From positions 69,902-133,901 of the forward strand of contig JAIXQG010000001.1 of NCBI GenBank assembly GCA_027485835.1: 64,000 bases of DNA, in the 5' to 3' direction. The position numbers and the translations under genes were made by a program. Positions within the stretch are counted from its first letter, which is position 1, and the number at the start of each line of letters is the position of its first letter. The DNA is from Alphaproteobacteria bacterium (GTDB lineage: Bacteria; Pseudomonadota; Alphaproteobacteria; UBA2136; UBA6156). Of the stretch, positions 38,409 through 48,169 are shown in pieces. Below the pieces are notes generated by a model that saw only the letters and a list, made by a program, of their open reading frames with translations, was not told where the DNA came from and ran no database searches.

Positions 38409-40025
38409 ATGAAAATGCCTGCGTTTGTTTTGGAAGCTGCCCGTTTGACGCCGAAATCGGCCAAGCGTGCCGTGGTTGTGTTTGCCGAAAATAAAGGGAA
38501 ACTGACCGATTCCGCCCAGTTAGTCGATGAAGGTTTGGGTGGTGTTATTAAGAGTACACTGCGTGGCACCCGTTTTAACGGTGGGGCGGGAGAGTTCGCC
38601 AAAGTGACGGTACAAGATGGTGCCGTGAGCCTGGTTTTGGTGGCAGGTTTGGGGAAAGAACCTAGTGAACGCCGCGAGTGGTGGAAAGCCGGTTTGGCGA
38701 TTGGGAAACAACTGGATGCCGCCGGTGTGAAAGAGGCCAGCATTGCCCTTGGTGAGCTGGATGGTGCCGAGGAAGCCTTTGCTGCGGCTACAGCCTTGGT
38801 AGAAGGCGTGTACATGGCCATATACCGCTTTGAGCAGTTTAAGGAAGTTAAAGACCACCAGTTGCCTCGTTTTGAAAAGTTAACGGTTTTGACCAGCACC
38901 CGTGCCGCGCGGATGCTGGAGGAGGAGGCGCCGAAACTGTTTGCGCTGCTGGAAGCGACTGACCATGCGCGTGATGCTGCCAACCTGCCGCCGAATATTG
39001 CCAACCCCGAATACATGGCCGAGCAGGCCCGCAAACTGGAAAAGTTTGGCGTGAAGGTTGAAGTGATTGACGAAAAGCAGATGAAAAAGCTGGGGCTGAA
39101 CCTGATTTTGGCCGTGGGTGGCAATGCCGCGTTAGAAGACCAGCCGCGTCTGATTTTCATGCACTATAACGGTGGTAAGAAGGGCGATGCGCCGACGGCA
39201 TTGGTGGGTAAGGGTATTATGTACGATACCGGTGGTTACAACCTGAAAATTAACAAAAGCATGGGTGGTATGAAGTTTGACATGTGTGGTGCCGCTGCCG
39301 TGCTGGGTGCCATGGAAGCGTTGGCTAAGCGCAAAGCGCCGGTAAACGTGGTGGGTGTCATGACCTGTGCCATGAACATGGTGGGTGCACAGAGCTTTGT
39401 GCCGGATAGTATTTATAAGTCTTATAAAGGCCTCCACGTTGAAATTGGTAACACCGATGCCGAAGGGCGTTTGGTGTTGGCCGATGCGATGGCTTACACG
39501 ATTGAGAAGCACAACCCGAGCCAGATAGTGGACCTTGCGACCTTGACCGGTGCGATTGTGGCGGCATTGGGTGGGGCCTATGCCGGGTTGTTTAGTACCA
39601 GCAACCCGTTGGCGAATGCTTTGCAAAAAGCCGGTGATGAAGTAGGCGAGCGCCTGTGGCGCATGCCGGTGGATGATTGCTACGCCGCGCCTGTTAAAGT
39701 GGCCGATGTGAATAATGACGGCATACCTTATGGTGGTGCGAATGCGGCGGCAGTTTTCCTTAAGCGTTTTGCTGATAAGACGCCGTGGGCGCACCTCGAC
39801 ATCGCCGGTACTGGCTGGGTTGACGGTTTGCCGGGTGAACCGAAGGAATTGGGTGGTGCGCGTGCGTTTGGTGTGCGTTTGCTTGTCAATTGGCTTGAGA
39901 GTGCGGCACCGGTTGCGGTAGAAGGTGCAGTGCCTGCCAAACGGCGTGGGCGCCCTGCCAAGGCGGCGATTGCGGCTGTGGCGGGTGTCAAGCGCGGGCG
40001 TGGGCGTCCGCGTAAGGCAGCCTAA
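38409..40025 (+). CDS. pepA: Leucyl aminopeptidase (M17) with C-terminal AT-hook extension
   Basis: GKGIMYDTGG, MKFDMCGAA, NTDAEGRLVLAD, WAHLDIAG; tail KRRGRPAK...KRGRGRPRKAA. Confidence 0.93.
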   Translation: MKMPAFVLEAARLTPKSAKRAVVVFAENKGKLTDSAQLVDEGLGGVIKSTLRGTRFNGGAGEFAKVTVQDGAVSLVLVAGLGKEPSERREWWKAGLAIGKQLDAAGVKEASIALGELDGAEEAFAAATALVEGVYMAIYRFEQFKEVKDHQLPRFEKLTVLTSTRAARMLEEEAPKLFALLEATDHARDAANLPPNIANPEYMAEQARKLEKFGVKVEVIDEKQMKKLGLNLILAVGGNAALEDQPRLIFMHYNGGKKGDAPTALVGKGIMYDTGGYNLKINKSMGGMKFDMCGAAAVLGAMEALAKRKAPVNVVGVMTCAMNMVGAQSFVPDSIYKSYKGLHVEIGNTDAEGRLVLADAMAYTIEKHNPSQIVDLATLTGAIVAALGGAYAGLFSTSNPLANALQKAGDEVGERLWRMPVDDCYAAPVKVADVNNDGIPYGGANAAAVFLKRFADKTPWAHLDIAGTGWVDGLPGEPKELGGARAFGVRLLVNWLESAAPVAVEGAVPAKRRGRPAKAAIAAVAGVKRGRGRPRKAA

Positions 40026-40076
40026 GCTGATTTTTAACTTTAATAACATGTAATAAATAAAAGAAAATACATAGAA

Positions 40077-41219
40077 ATGGCGACTAAGATTAAGGCGAAA
40101 CCGGCGGCAAAAACAACTGTTAAAGCGAGTGCGAAAACTCCTGCCAAAGAGGCCAAAAAAGTGCTGACGCCCGCGATGAAGAGTGCGCTGGGGCATACGC
40201 GCGCGCTGCTGGATATCCCCAGTGCTACCAACCGCATTGGGGCTGTGGCGGACTATGTGGAAAAGCATTCCAAAAAGCTGGGTTACAAGGTAGAGCGCCA
40301 GTGGGATGACACTTTACGCATTAGCGTTACCGGAAAAGAAACCAAACGTGTGGTTGGTTATGGCGCCCACCTTGACCGCATTGGGCTGATGGTCGACGAG
40401 CTGTTTGATGACGGAACAGTGAAGATCAGCGCGATTGGCGGGCTTTACCCGGGCCACGTGATGGATGGTGTGACTGCGAAGATCCAGACCAAGAGTGGTG
40501 CGTTGGTGGAAGGTTTGATTTTCCATACCGATACGCCGATCCACAAAATGGGTCTGGAAGGGTTTGAGAAGCGTCCGCAGAAATGGAAGAACATCCGTTT
40601 GCGCCCCGACGCCTGCATTGGCTGCACCAAGAAGAACGGTAAGGACAAGCTGAAGGCGCTGGGTATTCAGGTCGGCCAATTGGTATGGCTGAACCCGATG
40701 CTGAACATTGATGAGGTGAACGGTACGTTGCGCTCCCGCTGGTTGGACAACACCCTTGGTTGCGTGGTGCTGCTGGCGCTGATGGAGCGCTGGGCTGAGA
40801 AGAAGCTCAAGCCGAAGTTTAGCGTCGACTTTATTTTCTCGGCTGCCGAAGAGGCCGGTATGGGTGGGACTTCGGTGATTCGGCCTGAAATGAGCGATTT
40901 TGTGGCGGTGGATACGTCGGTTGGTGAGGAAATGGAAGACCTGAACAACTGCGCGATTAAGCAGAAGGCCGGGCGTTACCCGTACTCTCAGAAACTGACC
41001 GACGAGCTGGAAGCCGCTGCGGAAAAGGCCAAAGTGGGCTTTGAGCGCAAGAGCTTTGAAGGCGGCGGTACTGATGCCGAACAGGCCAAGGGAGCCGGTT
41101 TTAAGGGGCAGGTGGCGTGTATCGTTTCGCCCATTTACAACCTTCACTCGGTGGAATCCACCACGTTTGGCGCGGTTGAAGGTGTGATTGAAACTCTGCA
41201 CGCACATGCGATGCTCTAG
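40077..41219 (+). CDS. M42-family metallo-aminopeptidase with a Lys/Ala-rich N-terminal tail
   Basis: AHLD, LDN, EEAG, VD, GGTDA, LHS metal-ligand motifs. Confidence 0.85.
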   Translation: MATKIKAKPAAKTTVKASAKTPAKEAKKVLTPAMKSALGHTRALLDIPSATNRIGAVADYVEKHSKKLGYKVERQWDDTLRISVTGKETKRVVGYGAHLDRIGLMVDELFDDGTVKISAIGGLYPGHVMDGVTAKIQTKSGALVEGLIFHTDTPIHKMGLEGFEKRPQKWKNIRLRPDACIGCTKKNGKDKLKALGIQVGQLVWLNPMLNIDEVNGTLRSRWLDNTLGCVVLLALMERWAEKKLKPKFSVDFIFSAAEEAGMGGTSVIRPEMSDFVAVDTSVGEEMEDLNNCAIKQKAGRYPYSQKLTDELEAAAEKAKVGFERKSFEGGGTDAEQAKGAGFKGQVACIVSPIYNLHSVESTTFGAVEGVIETLHAHAML

Positions 41220-41237
41220 GGAATAAAGAGGGGTAGC

Positions 41238-41714
41238 ATGGGGATTCCGGTTGCGTTTTATCATACAGGGGGTGAGACTCCTGCCGCGCTGGATGCCGTG
41301 CTGCCCACATTGCTGGAAAAAGCTGTGGGAGCGGGGAACCGTATTTTGCTGGTGGCCCCTACTGCCGCGCGCCAGCAGCGTTTGGATGAAGCGTTGTGGA
41401 GCTACCGCGACACCGCGTTTTTACCGCACGGCAAGCCGGAGGACGGTAAGCCCGAGCTACAGCCGATTTTGATAGTGAATGCCGAGGATGAGTTTGCCAG
41501 CTTTTTGGTAGGGCGGATTCCGGTGGTGTTAGCCGGTGCCGAAAGTGTGTTGGAGAAAGTGTTGGCCGCAACCCCTGCGCGGGCGCTGTATATGTTTACG
41601 GCCGCGACGGCCGATGTGGAGCGCGGGCGTGGACTGTTTAAGCAGTTGAAGGGGGCGGGGCACGAGCTGAGTTACCATCAGCAGACGGATAAGGGTTGGG
41701 AAAAAAAGGCTTAA
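41238..41714 (+). CDS. holC: DNA polymerase III chi subunit
   Basis: FYH, LPTLLEKA, LDEALWSY...FLPHG, QPILI, GWEKK. Confidence 0.92.
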   Translation: MGIPVAFYHTGGETPAALDAVLPTLLEKAVGAGNRILLVAPTAARQQRLDEALWSYRDTAFLPHGKPEDGKPELQPILIVNAEDEFASFLVGRIPVVLAGAESVLEKVLAATPARALYMFTAATADVERGRGLFKQLKGAGHELSYHQQTDKGWEKKA

Positions 41715-41739
41715 AGAACCGCCGTATGGCGGTTCTTTT

Positions 41740-42060
41740 TTATTGGATGACAAGCGTGTTGGGTTTGGGGGCGGGGGCGGCTTCCTCGATGAGAATGGGG
41801 CGGCCGGCTTCGCGCGTGAGGATGTCGCGGATGACGAGGAGGCGTTGGATGGAGAGCTCGCGGTCTTGCAGCGGGAGGCCGACGAGGAACTGTTTTTGGC
41901 CTTCCTTTGCGGCTTTCATCAAGGCGAGAAGCGGGGCGTTATCTTCGGTGGCGACCCACTTGTTTTCGGCTTGATAGGTGAGGGTCACGGCGTGAACGGG
42001 CTGGGCCGTGAAGACGGCCAGCCCGAGGAGTGATGCGAGGATTATTGAGCGATAGTCCAT
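41740..42060 (-). CDS. Small secreted hypothetical protein
   Basis: Signal peptide ending PVHA; overlaps the ppiD stop. Confidence 0.65.
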   Translation of the reverse strand: MDYRSIILASLLGLAVFTAQPVHAVTLTYQAENKWVATEDNAPLLALMKAAKEGQKQFLVGLPLQDRELSIQRLLVIRDILTREAGRPILIEEAAPAPKPNTLVIQ

Positions 42061-43937
42061 TGCACGTCACGTCCGAAGATTTGCTTCAGCATGGGCTGGT
42101 TGAGCTCCACCTTAGCCTTTTGGGTGAGGTAGGCCAGCATGAGGGCCTCGACATCGCCTTGCAGACGCTGTTGGTAGACCTTGGCTTGCTCGGGCAGCTT
42201 GGTGACATCCAGCGACTGGGTTTCGCGGCTGACCAGACGCACGAGATGGAGGTTTTGGCCTTCTGGCAGCGCGCCTGCCAGCACCGTGCCGGTAGCGAGC
42301 GGGTAGAATTCCAGCATGTTTTGCTGCAACCATTGCGGTGCCTCGGCGGGGTTGGTGACATTGAGCTGGCTGATGGTGACGCCGTTGATACCGGCCTTTT
42401 GGGCAGCGGCCTCTAATGATGAGGCACCGGGAGCGCGGGCGGCCGAGAGAAGGGTATCTGCCATGCGGCGCAGGGCCTGTTGGGTTTGCGCGGCGCGGAG
42501 TTGCTCGGTTACGTCGGCCTTGACCTCGGCGAACGGTTTGACGCTGGCGGCGTTGATTTTGGTGGTTTGCACGTAGGCGGCGCCACCGTCGGCCATTTGT
42601 AGCGGTTGGCTGGTTTCGTTCAGGCCGAGGCTGAAGGCGGTGGAGAGCTCTTGGGGTTCCAGTGCTTCGTCGTTCGCGCGGACGGTGCTGAAGGTTTTGG
42701 CTTCCATGCCGATGGCTTTGGCGATTTCGGTCAGCGGTTGGCCGGCGGCGATTTTTTCATCGACGACACCACCGAGGCGGACGAGGGCTTCGTCGGCTTG
42801 GGCGGTTTGGAGGTCCTTCGCAATCGCGTCGCGGATTTCCGCGTAGGGGATATCGTGGGCGGCCTGAATTTCATCGACCCAGATAAGGTGCCAGCCGAAG
42901 GGGCTTTGCACCGGTGCGCTCAGCTTGTTGGCTTCGACACTAAAGGCGACCTTGCGGAAGGCGGGAACCACGTCATCCGGCTTGATGGTGCCTAAGGTAC
43001 CGCCTTTGGTGCCTTCGTTGCCGGGGTCTTGGCTCAGCTTATTAGCGGCTTCGATGAAGGATTCCTTCGAGGTAATGGTGGGGGCGGCTTGCTCGGCGGC
43101 TTCCTTGGTTTCGAACAGGATGTGACGGACGGTACGGGTTTCCGGCAGCTTGTAGTGGTCTTTGTTTTCTTCATACGCCTTCTTCACGTCGTCTTCCGGC
43201 ACGGTGATGGTTTTGACCAGATCGTCGCGGCTGAGGCGCAGTGCGGTAAAGTTACGGGTTTCCGGCTTGCTGTAGAATTGTTCGTTTTGCTTATAGAAGG
43301 CTTGGAGCTCCTCTTCCTTCGGGGCGGGAAGGGTGCCGATGCTGGCCGGGGTAAGGGTGGCGACTTCGAGGCCGAGCTTCAGGTTTTCGGCCGCGACGAT
43401 ACCAGCCACCAAGCTGGGGCTAGGGGTTTCTACACGCGAGAGCTGGGCGAGACTGCGGACGGTGAGGTCTTGGCCGAGGTCGGCTTCAAACTGTTGTGGA
43501 GTACGGCCGATTTGCGCGAGAAGTTGGCGGTAGCGGGCGACGTCGAACTGGCCTTTCTCGTTTTTAAAGGCGCTGATTTTGGTGATTTCTGCCTGCAATT
43601 GCTTGGTAGCCGGTTGGAAACCGAGGCTTTGGGCCGATTGCTGGAGCACGGTGCGGGCGACGACTTCGGCCAGCACTTGCTCTGCCACCTGCATTTGGTC
43701 CAGCTGTTGCTGGGTGGGGCGGGTGCCCATCAGTTGGGTAATGTTTTGGATGCGCTGGTTGTAGGTTTGCTCCAACAGGCGGGGGGAGATGTCTTGTCCG
43801 TTCACTTTAGCGGCCTGCATGCCGATGGAGGGCATGAGATAGTCGCCGATACCCCAGGCGCCAAAGCAGGCCACCAAAAGCAGCAGCATGGCCTTGCTGT
43901 ATTTACTGGAGCCGAACTTGCGGAAGGCTTGCATCAT
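42042..43937 (-). CDS. ppiD: PpiD-like membrane-anchored peptidyl-prolyl isomerase
   Basis: N-terminal TM, SurA_N-like AAKVNGQDIS, parvulin VRHILF...SPFGWHLI. Confidence 0.9.
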   Translation of the reverse strand: MMQAFRKFGSSKYSKAMLLLLVACFGAWGIGDYLMPSIGMQAAKVNGQDISPRLLEQTYNQRIQNITQLMGTRPTQQQLDQMQVAEQVLAEVVARTVLQQSAQSLGFQPATKQLQAEITKISAFKNEKGQFDVARYRQLLAQIGRTPQQFEADLGQDLTVRSLAQLSRVETPSPSLVAGIVAAENLKLGLEVATLTPASIGTLPAPKEEELQAFYKQNEQFYSKPETRNFTALRLSRDDLVKTITVPEDDVKKAYEENKDHYKLPETRTVRHILFETKEAAEQAAPTITSKESFIEAANKLSQDPGNEGTKGGTLGTIKPDDVVPAFRKVAFSVEANKLSAPVQSPFGWHLIWVDEIQAAHDIPYAEIRDAIAKDLQTAQADEALVRLGGVVDEKIAAGQPLTEIAKAIGMEAKTFSTVRANDEALEPQELSTAFSLGLNETSQPLQMADGGAAYVQTTKINAASVKPFAEVKADVTEQLRAAQTQQALRRMADTLLSAARAPGASSLEAAAQKAGINGVTISQLNVTNPAEAPQWLQQNMLEFYPLATGTVLAGALPEGQNLHLVRLVSRETQSLDVTKLPEQAKVYQQRLQGDVEALMLAYLTQKAKVELNQPMLKQIFGRDVQWTIAQ

Positions 43938-44130
43938 GGGAACGGGACTTTCGTTGCTCTATACTAAGTAGGGTAGATACCGCACGGCGCATGTATATAC
44001 ACAATATGCCGCAACCTGCCACCAAGCTGCGGCGGCTGCAAGGGCGGGCGCCCAAAGGTGCGGCAGTTGTGTGCGGCGTTTTTGCGAGCCCAGCTTGACT
44101 GTTGAGCCGCAGGTGCGTACAAACCACTCC

Positions 44131-44514
44131 ATGGTTAGCATTCTTCTTACCCTTAACGCGATCATCTGCGTCGCCCTTATCATACTGATTCTGCTTCAGC
44201 GTTCCGACCCTGCCTCTGGCGGGATGTTTGGTGGCGCCGGTGGCGGTGGCCAAGCGGTTGTACGTAACCCGCTGGCCAAGCCGACTGCTATTTTGGCGGC
44301 GCTGTTTTTAGTGTTCAGCGTTGTAACAGCCATTATTAATAAGGGTGGCCACCATGCCACGACCGTGATGGAGAGTGCCGTTGAAGGCCAGCCGGTATTG
44401 CCGGAAGCCAGCCTCGTGCCCGGTGCGCCTGTGGTTGCTGTGTCTTATACGATTGAAGTGCCGGTTGCTGTGCCTCAGGTTTCTGAAACCGTTGCCATTT
44501 CTCCTACCGAATAA
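44131..44514 (+). CDS. secG: Preprotein translocase subunit SecG
   Basis: LIILILLQRSD..GG, RNPLAKPTAILAALF; directly upstream of pyrG. Confidence 0.9.
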   Translation: MVSILLTLNAIICVALIILILLQRSDPASGGMFGGAGGGGQAVVRNPLAKPTAILAALFLVFSVVTAIINKGGHHATTVMESAVEGQPVLPEASLVPGAPVVAVSYTIEVPVAVPQVSETVAISPTE

Positions 44515-44528
44515 CGAAAGCCTGAGAC

Positions 44529-46238
44529 ATGCCCAAGCCCGCCCAAGCCAGTCAGCAACAACTTAAACTGGAAGGCGGCACCCGCTACATATTTGTAACG
44601 GGCGGGGTGATGAGTTCTCTCGGCAAGGGACTGACGGCCAGTGCCTTGGCGGCCGTATTGCAAGCGCGTGGCTTTAGCGTAGCCCAGCAGAAGCTGGACC
44701 CGTATTTGAACGTGGACCCGGGCACGATGTCGCCGTTTCAGCATGGTGAGGTTTACGTAACCGACGACGGCGCGGAAACCGACCTTGACCTTGGCCACTA
44801 CGAGCGCTTTACCGGCGTGCCGACGGGGAAGTATTCCAATATTACCGCGGGCCAGATTTACTGGAATATTCTGCACAAAGAACGCAAGGGCGATTACTTG
44901 GGCAAAACCGTGCAGGTGGTGCCGCATGTGACGAATGAGATTAAGGCGTTCATCAAGCAGGTAGAAGGCAAGGCCGACTTTGCGCTGATTGAGATTGGTG
45001 GCACCGTAGGTGATATTGAAAGCATGGCGTTTATTGAAGCCATCCGCCAGATGGGCCGTGAACTGCGCACCAACCATGGTAGCCCCAACCGCGCGTGCTT
45101 TATGCACCTTACTTTTGCCCCTTACCTGAAGGCGGTAGGCGAAGTGAAGACCAAGCCGACCCAGAACGCCGTGCGCGATTTGCTGGAGATGGGGATTCAG
45201 GCTGATGTGGTGGTAGTGCGCTCGGAAGTGGAGCTTGGCCGCCCCGAGTTGGACAAGATTGCGATGTTTGCTGGTTTGCCGACTACCCACGTGGTGAATT
45301 GCCCTGATAGTGACACGATTTACCGTGTTCCCGTTACCTTGCATGAGCATGGGCTGGACAGCGCGGTGCTGGAGCACTTTGGAATTGATGCTGATGCTCC
45401 GGATTTAAGCCGCTGGAAGCACGTGAGCCTGATTGCCAGCAACCCGCCGAAGCGTGTGACGATTGCGGTGGTGGGCAAATATGTGCAGTTGGGTGATGCG
45501 TATAAGAGTTTGAATGAGGCGTTGATCCATGGTGGGTTTGCCCATGACGCCCTTGTGGACATTGACTTTGTAGACAGCGAAGCGCTGGAAAAGTGCACCG
45601 ATGCCGAAATTGCCGAGCGTTTGAAGGATGCCGCGGGGATTTTGATCCCCGGTGGGTTTGGTGCGCGCGGTACCGAGGGGAAGATTCGGGCGATTACCTA
45701 TGCGCGGGAAGCGAAGAAGCCGTTCTTTGGCATTTGCCTTGGCTTGCAGATGGCGATTGCCGAGTTTGCGCGGAATAAGGCTGGCGTGAATGGCGCCGAC
45801 AGCACTGAGTTTAATGAGGACAAGGGTGTGCCCGAGAACCCGATTATCTGCCAGATGACCGAGTGGCAGAAGCCCGATGGTTCGATGCTCCAGCGCGAAC
45901 CGATGGGGAATTTGGGTGGCACCATGCGTTTGGGCGCGTACCCTGCCAAGCTGGCCAAGGGCAGCCTTGCGGCCAAGGTGTATGGCATGGAAGAGATTAT
46001 GGAGCGCCACCGCCACCGTTATGAATTCAACCCCCGTTACCGTGAGACGCTGGAAGCGGCAGGCATGGTGTTTAGCGGCCTGAGCCCGCAGGAGAATGCT
46101 TTGGCGGAGATTGTGGAGTTACCTGCCAGCGAGCACCCGTTCTTTATTGCCGTACAGTATCATCCGGAGTTTAAGTCTCAGCCGTTGCAGCCGCACCCGA
46201 TTTTTGCGGCGTTTGTGAAGGCGAGTTTGCAAAATTAA
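44529..46238 (+). CDS. pyrG: CTP synthase
   Basis: YIFVTGGVMSSLGKG, DPYLNVDPGTMSP, GICLGLQ, ERHRHRYE, QYHPEF. Confidence 0.98.
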   Translation: MPKPAQASQQQLKLEGGTRYIFVTGGVMSSLGKGLTASALAAVLQARGFSVAQQKLDPYLNVDPGTMSPFQHGEVYVTDDGAETDLDLGHYERFTGVPTGKYSNITAGQIYWNILHKERKGDYLGKTVQVVPHVTNEIKAFIKQVEGKADFALIEIGGTVGDIESMAFIEAIRQMGRELRTNHGSPNRACFMHLTFAPYLKAVGEVKTKPTQNAVRDLLEMGIQADVVVVRSEVELGRPELDKIAMFAGLPTTHVVNCPDSDTIYRVPVTLHEHGLDSAVLEHFGIDADAPDLSRWKHVSLIASNPPKRVTIAVVGKYVQLGDAYKSLNEALIHGGFAHDALVDIDFVDSEALEKCTDAEIAERLKDAAGILIPGGFGARGTEGKIRAITYAREAKKPFFGICLGLQMAIAEFARNKAGVNGADSTEFNEDKGVPENPIICQMTEWQKPDGSMLQREPMGNLGGTMRLGAYPAKLAKGSLAAKVYGMEEIMERHRHRYEFNPRYRETLEAAGMVFSGLSPQENALAEIVELPASEHPFFIAVQYHPEFKSQPLQPHPIFAAFVKASLQN

Positions 46239-46332
46239 AAAAGGAGGGCTGCGGCCCTCTTTTTTATTGTTGGACATTTCGGGGAGGGGTATACAGGTGG
46301 GGCTTGTACCCACTCTCAAAAAGGGGAACACC

Positions 46333-46983
46333 ATGAGTGACGTATCTGGAACTGCCCATTTTTATCATACGATTCCGGTTACCATTACGGGTGACCAGCT
46401 GCGGGAACTCTCGCGGAAGATTCATGAAGAACACTCCAACGATACCAATTACCTTGTCTGCCTTTCCGACACTGTTGCCTCCCACAGCGATGTTGTCGGT
46501 CGTCCGGAACGGCTTGGTCTCAACAAGAAGTTCTATCGTCCCGATCAGATTCGGCTCATTCCGTGGGTTTCCAAGAATCAGACCGAAGCGTTGAACGTCG
46601 AGGCTGACGCTGACGGGCATTTCCGTGTCGAGTATGTGGGGCCGGGTCAGATTCATCCTCACCTTACCAACTACTATTCGATACTGAGTTCGATCAGCCT
46701 CTCGTTCAACGAGTGTGCGCACCTCTACCTGTGCGTGAAGGAATGGGCGCGCTGGACGTCTATCGACAAGGACGATCAGGAGACGGCCTTCAGGGAGATG
46801 TTGGAGAAGCTGGCGGCTGCGCCGAGTTTTGAGACAGCCCGCAAGGTTTTGCCGCTCGAAGTGCGGATGAAGCTCGCGCACGCGCCGGAGGATCTTGTCT
46901 CTCTGGCATGGCGGGGGCTGAAGGACATCCTTCTCGGCGTTCCTGTCGATCCGAAATACTACGCTGACTTGCAACCCGCGTGA
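46333..46983 (+). CDS. Hypothetical protein, paralog A of an unrecognised family
   Basis: AAGGGG RBS; aligns by eye with 47501..48106. Confidence 0.8.
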   Translation: MSDVSGTAHFYHTIPVTITGDQLRELSRKIHEEHSNDTNYLVCLSDTVASHSDVVGRPERLGLNKKFYRPDQIRLIPWVSKNQTEALNVEADADGHFRVEYVGPGQIHPHLTNYYSILSSISLSFNECAHLYLCVKEWARWTSIDKDDQETAFREMLEKLAAAPSFETARKVLPLEVRMKLAHAPEDLVSLAWRGLKDILLGVPVDPKYYADLQPA

Positions 46984-47022
46984 CACGAATGGCTGCGGCA
47001 CCCTATGGGTGCCGCAGTTTTT

Positions 47023-47364
47023 TTAGAAGAAGTAAGGTTTGCGGCGGGGGGTTACGTCTTTTATCCGGCCACCGCGTTTGGTGGGGAGGGTGCCGCCGCT
47101 GGCGAGCCAGACATCGGTTGGAATGAGCCCGCGCACCAGCGAAAGGCCGAGCGGGAGGATGATGAGGTCATCTAACCAGCCTAAGATAGGGAGGAAGTCC
47201 GGAATGATATCTATTGGGCTGATAACGTAGAGAATAACCGCGAGGGCGGCGATGCGGGCCTTGGTAGGTGTTTGCGGGTGCCAGAGGGCACGCCAGAGAA
47301 CGGCGCCTTCGGCGCGTAACCAAGCCCAGCCGGTGAGGAATTTGCGGATTTTGAAGAGAGGCAT
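47023..47364 (-). CDS. YkvA/DUF1232 family membrane protein
   Basis: HPQTP..A, YVISPIDIIPDFLPILGWLDD. Confidence 0.9.
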   Translation of the reverse strand: MPLFKIRKFLTGWAWLRAEGAVLWRALWHPQTPTKARIAALAVILYVISPIDIIPDFLPILGWLDDLIILPLGLSLVRGLIPTDVWLASGGTLPTKRGGRIKDVTPRRKPYFF

Positions 47365-47500
47365 GGAGAGGTAATGACTGAAGTAGGCAACGGTTCCGTC
47401 GGGTTTTGCTTGTGAATGCTAAGTGTATGCGATATGAGGGGTTTGATACTAAAGCCCTTATGGGCGCGTACTTTTGGGGCCACCAGAAAGGAGACCATTC

Positions 47501-48106
47501 ATGGTTGGCGATATGGGGCTGGGCTTCCAGCTTACGACGGAGCAACTCTGCGTGCTTGCGCGCAGGATTGTGGACTACCAGCCGGTGGATTCTCGGCAAA
47601 AGCATTTGGTTTGCCGTGATATGCGGTTTGACCAGCACCGGTTTACCGCAGATGGTGAGCCGGAGGTTGCGAACAAGCGCTTCGGTTTTTATAAGCCGGC
47701 ACAGGTGAACGCCATTGAATGGACGTCGGTCAGGCTCAAAGATCGCATTACCGTGCGCAAACTGCGAGACGGGGTGTGGGATGCTCAATACACAGGTACG
47801 GCTGAGGCGACGTTGCTCAACTCGTACTTCACGCATGTGCTGATGCTCAAGCCGGAGCTAGACCCGGAGCAGGCGGTGAAAATCCGCATTGAGCTCGGTG
47901 TGCTGAAGTCTGGCAAGAATCCGCGCAAGCGGCGGACAGCCAGGCTGATTGCCGAACAGACCTTGCGCAATGCGCCGGATGCCCTGACGGCGGTCAAGCG
48001 GCTCGAGCCGGACATTCAGAAAGAGCTGGACCCTTTGCCGTACAAGCTGATGCTGGACGGCGTGGACGCACTGAAAAAGAGCCTGGCCTTGCCAAAGGTG
48101 GCTTGA
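47501..48106 (+). CDS. Hypothetical protein, paralog B of an unrecognised family
   Basis: GAAAGGAG RBS; aligns by eye with 46333..46983. Confidence 0.8.
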   Translation: MVGDMGLGFQLTTEQLCVLARRIVDYQPVDSRQKHLVCRDMRFDQHRFTADGEPEVANKRFGFYKPAQVNAIEWTSVRLKDRITVRKLRDGVWDAQYTGTAEATLLNSYFTHVLMLKPELDPEQAVKIRIELGVLKSGKNPRKRRTARLIAEQTLRNAPDALTAVKRLEPDIQKELDPLPYKLMLDGVDALKKSLALPKVA

Positions 48107-48169
48107 GCTCTCAATAACGAAACGCCGCAGTGGGTAACCACTGCGGCGTTGTTTTATATGAGGGTTGCC

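Noticed and set aside
44003..44082. GC-rich hairpin between ppiD and secG as SRP RNA
   Set aside because: Lacks the conserved CAGG-GGAA-AGCA core.
46984..48155. Hairpins after ORFans as integron attC sites
   Set aside because: They are short perfect stems with T-tracts (terminators), lack RYYYAAC/GTTRRRY ends, and no integrase is present.
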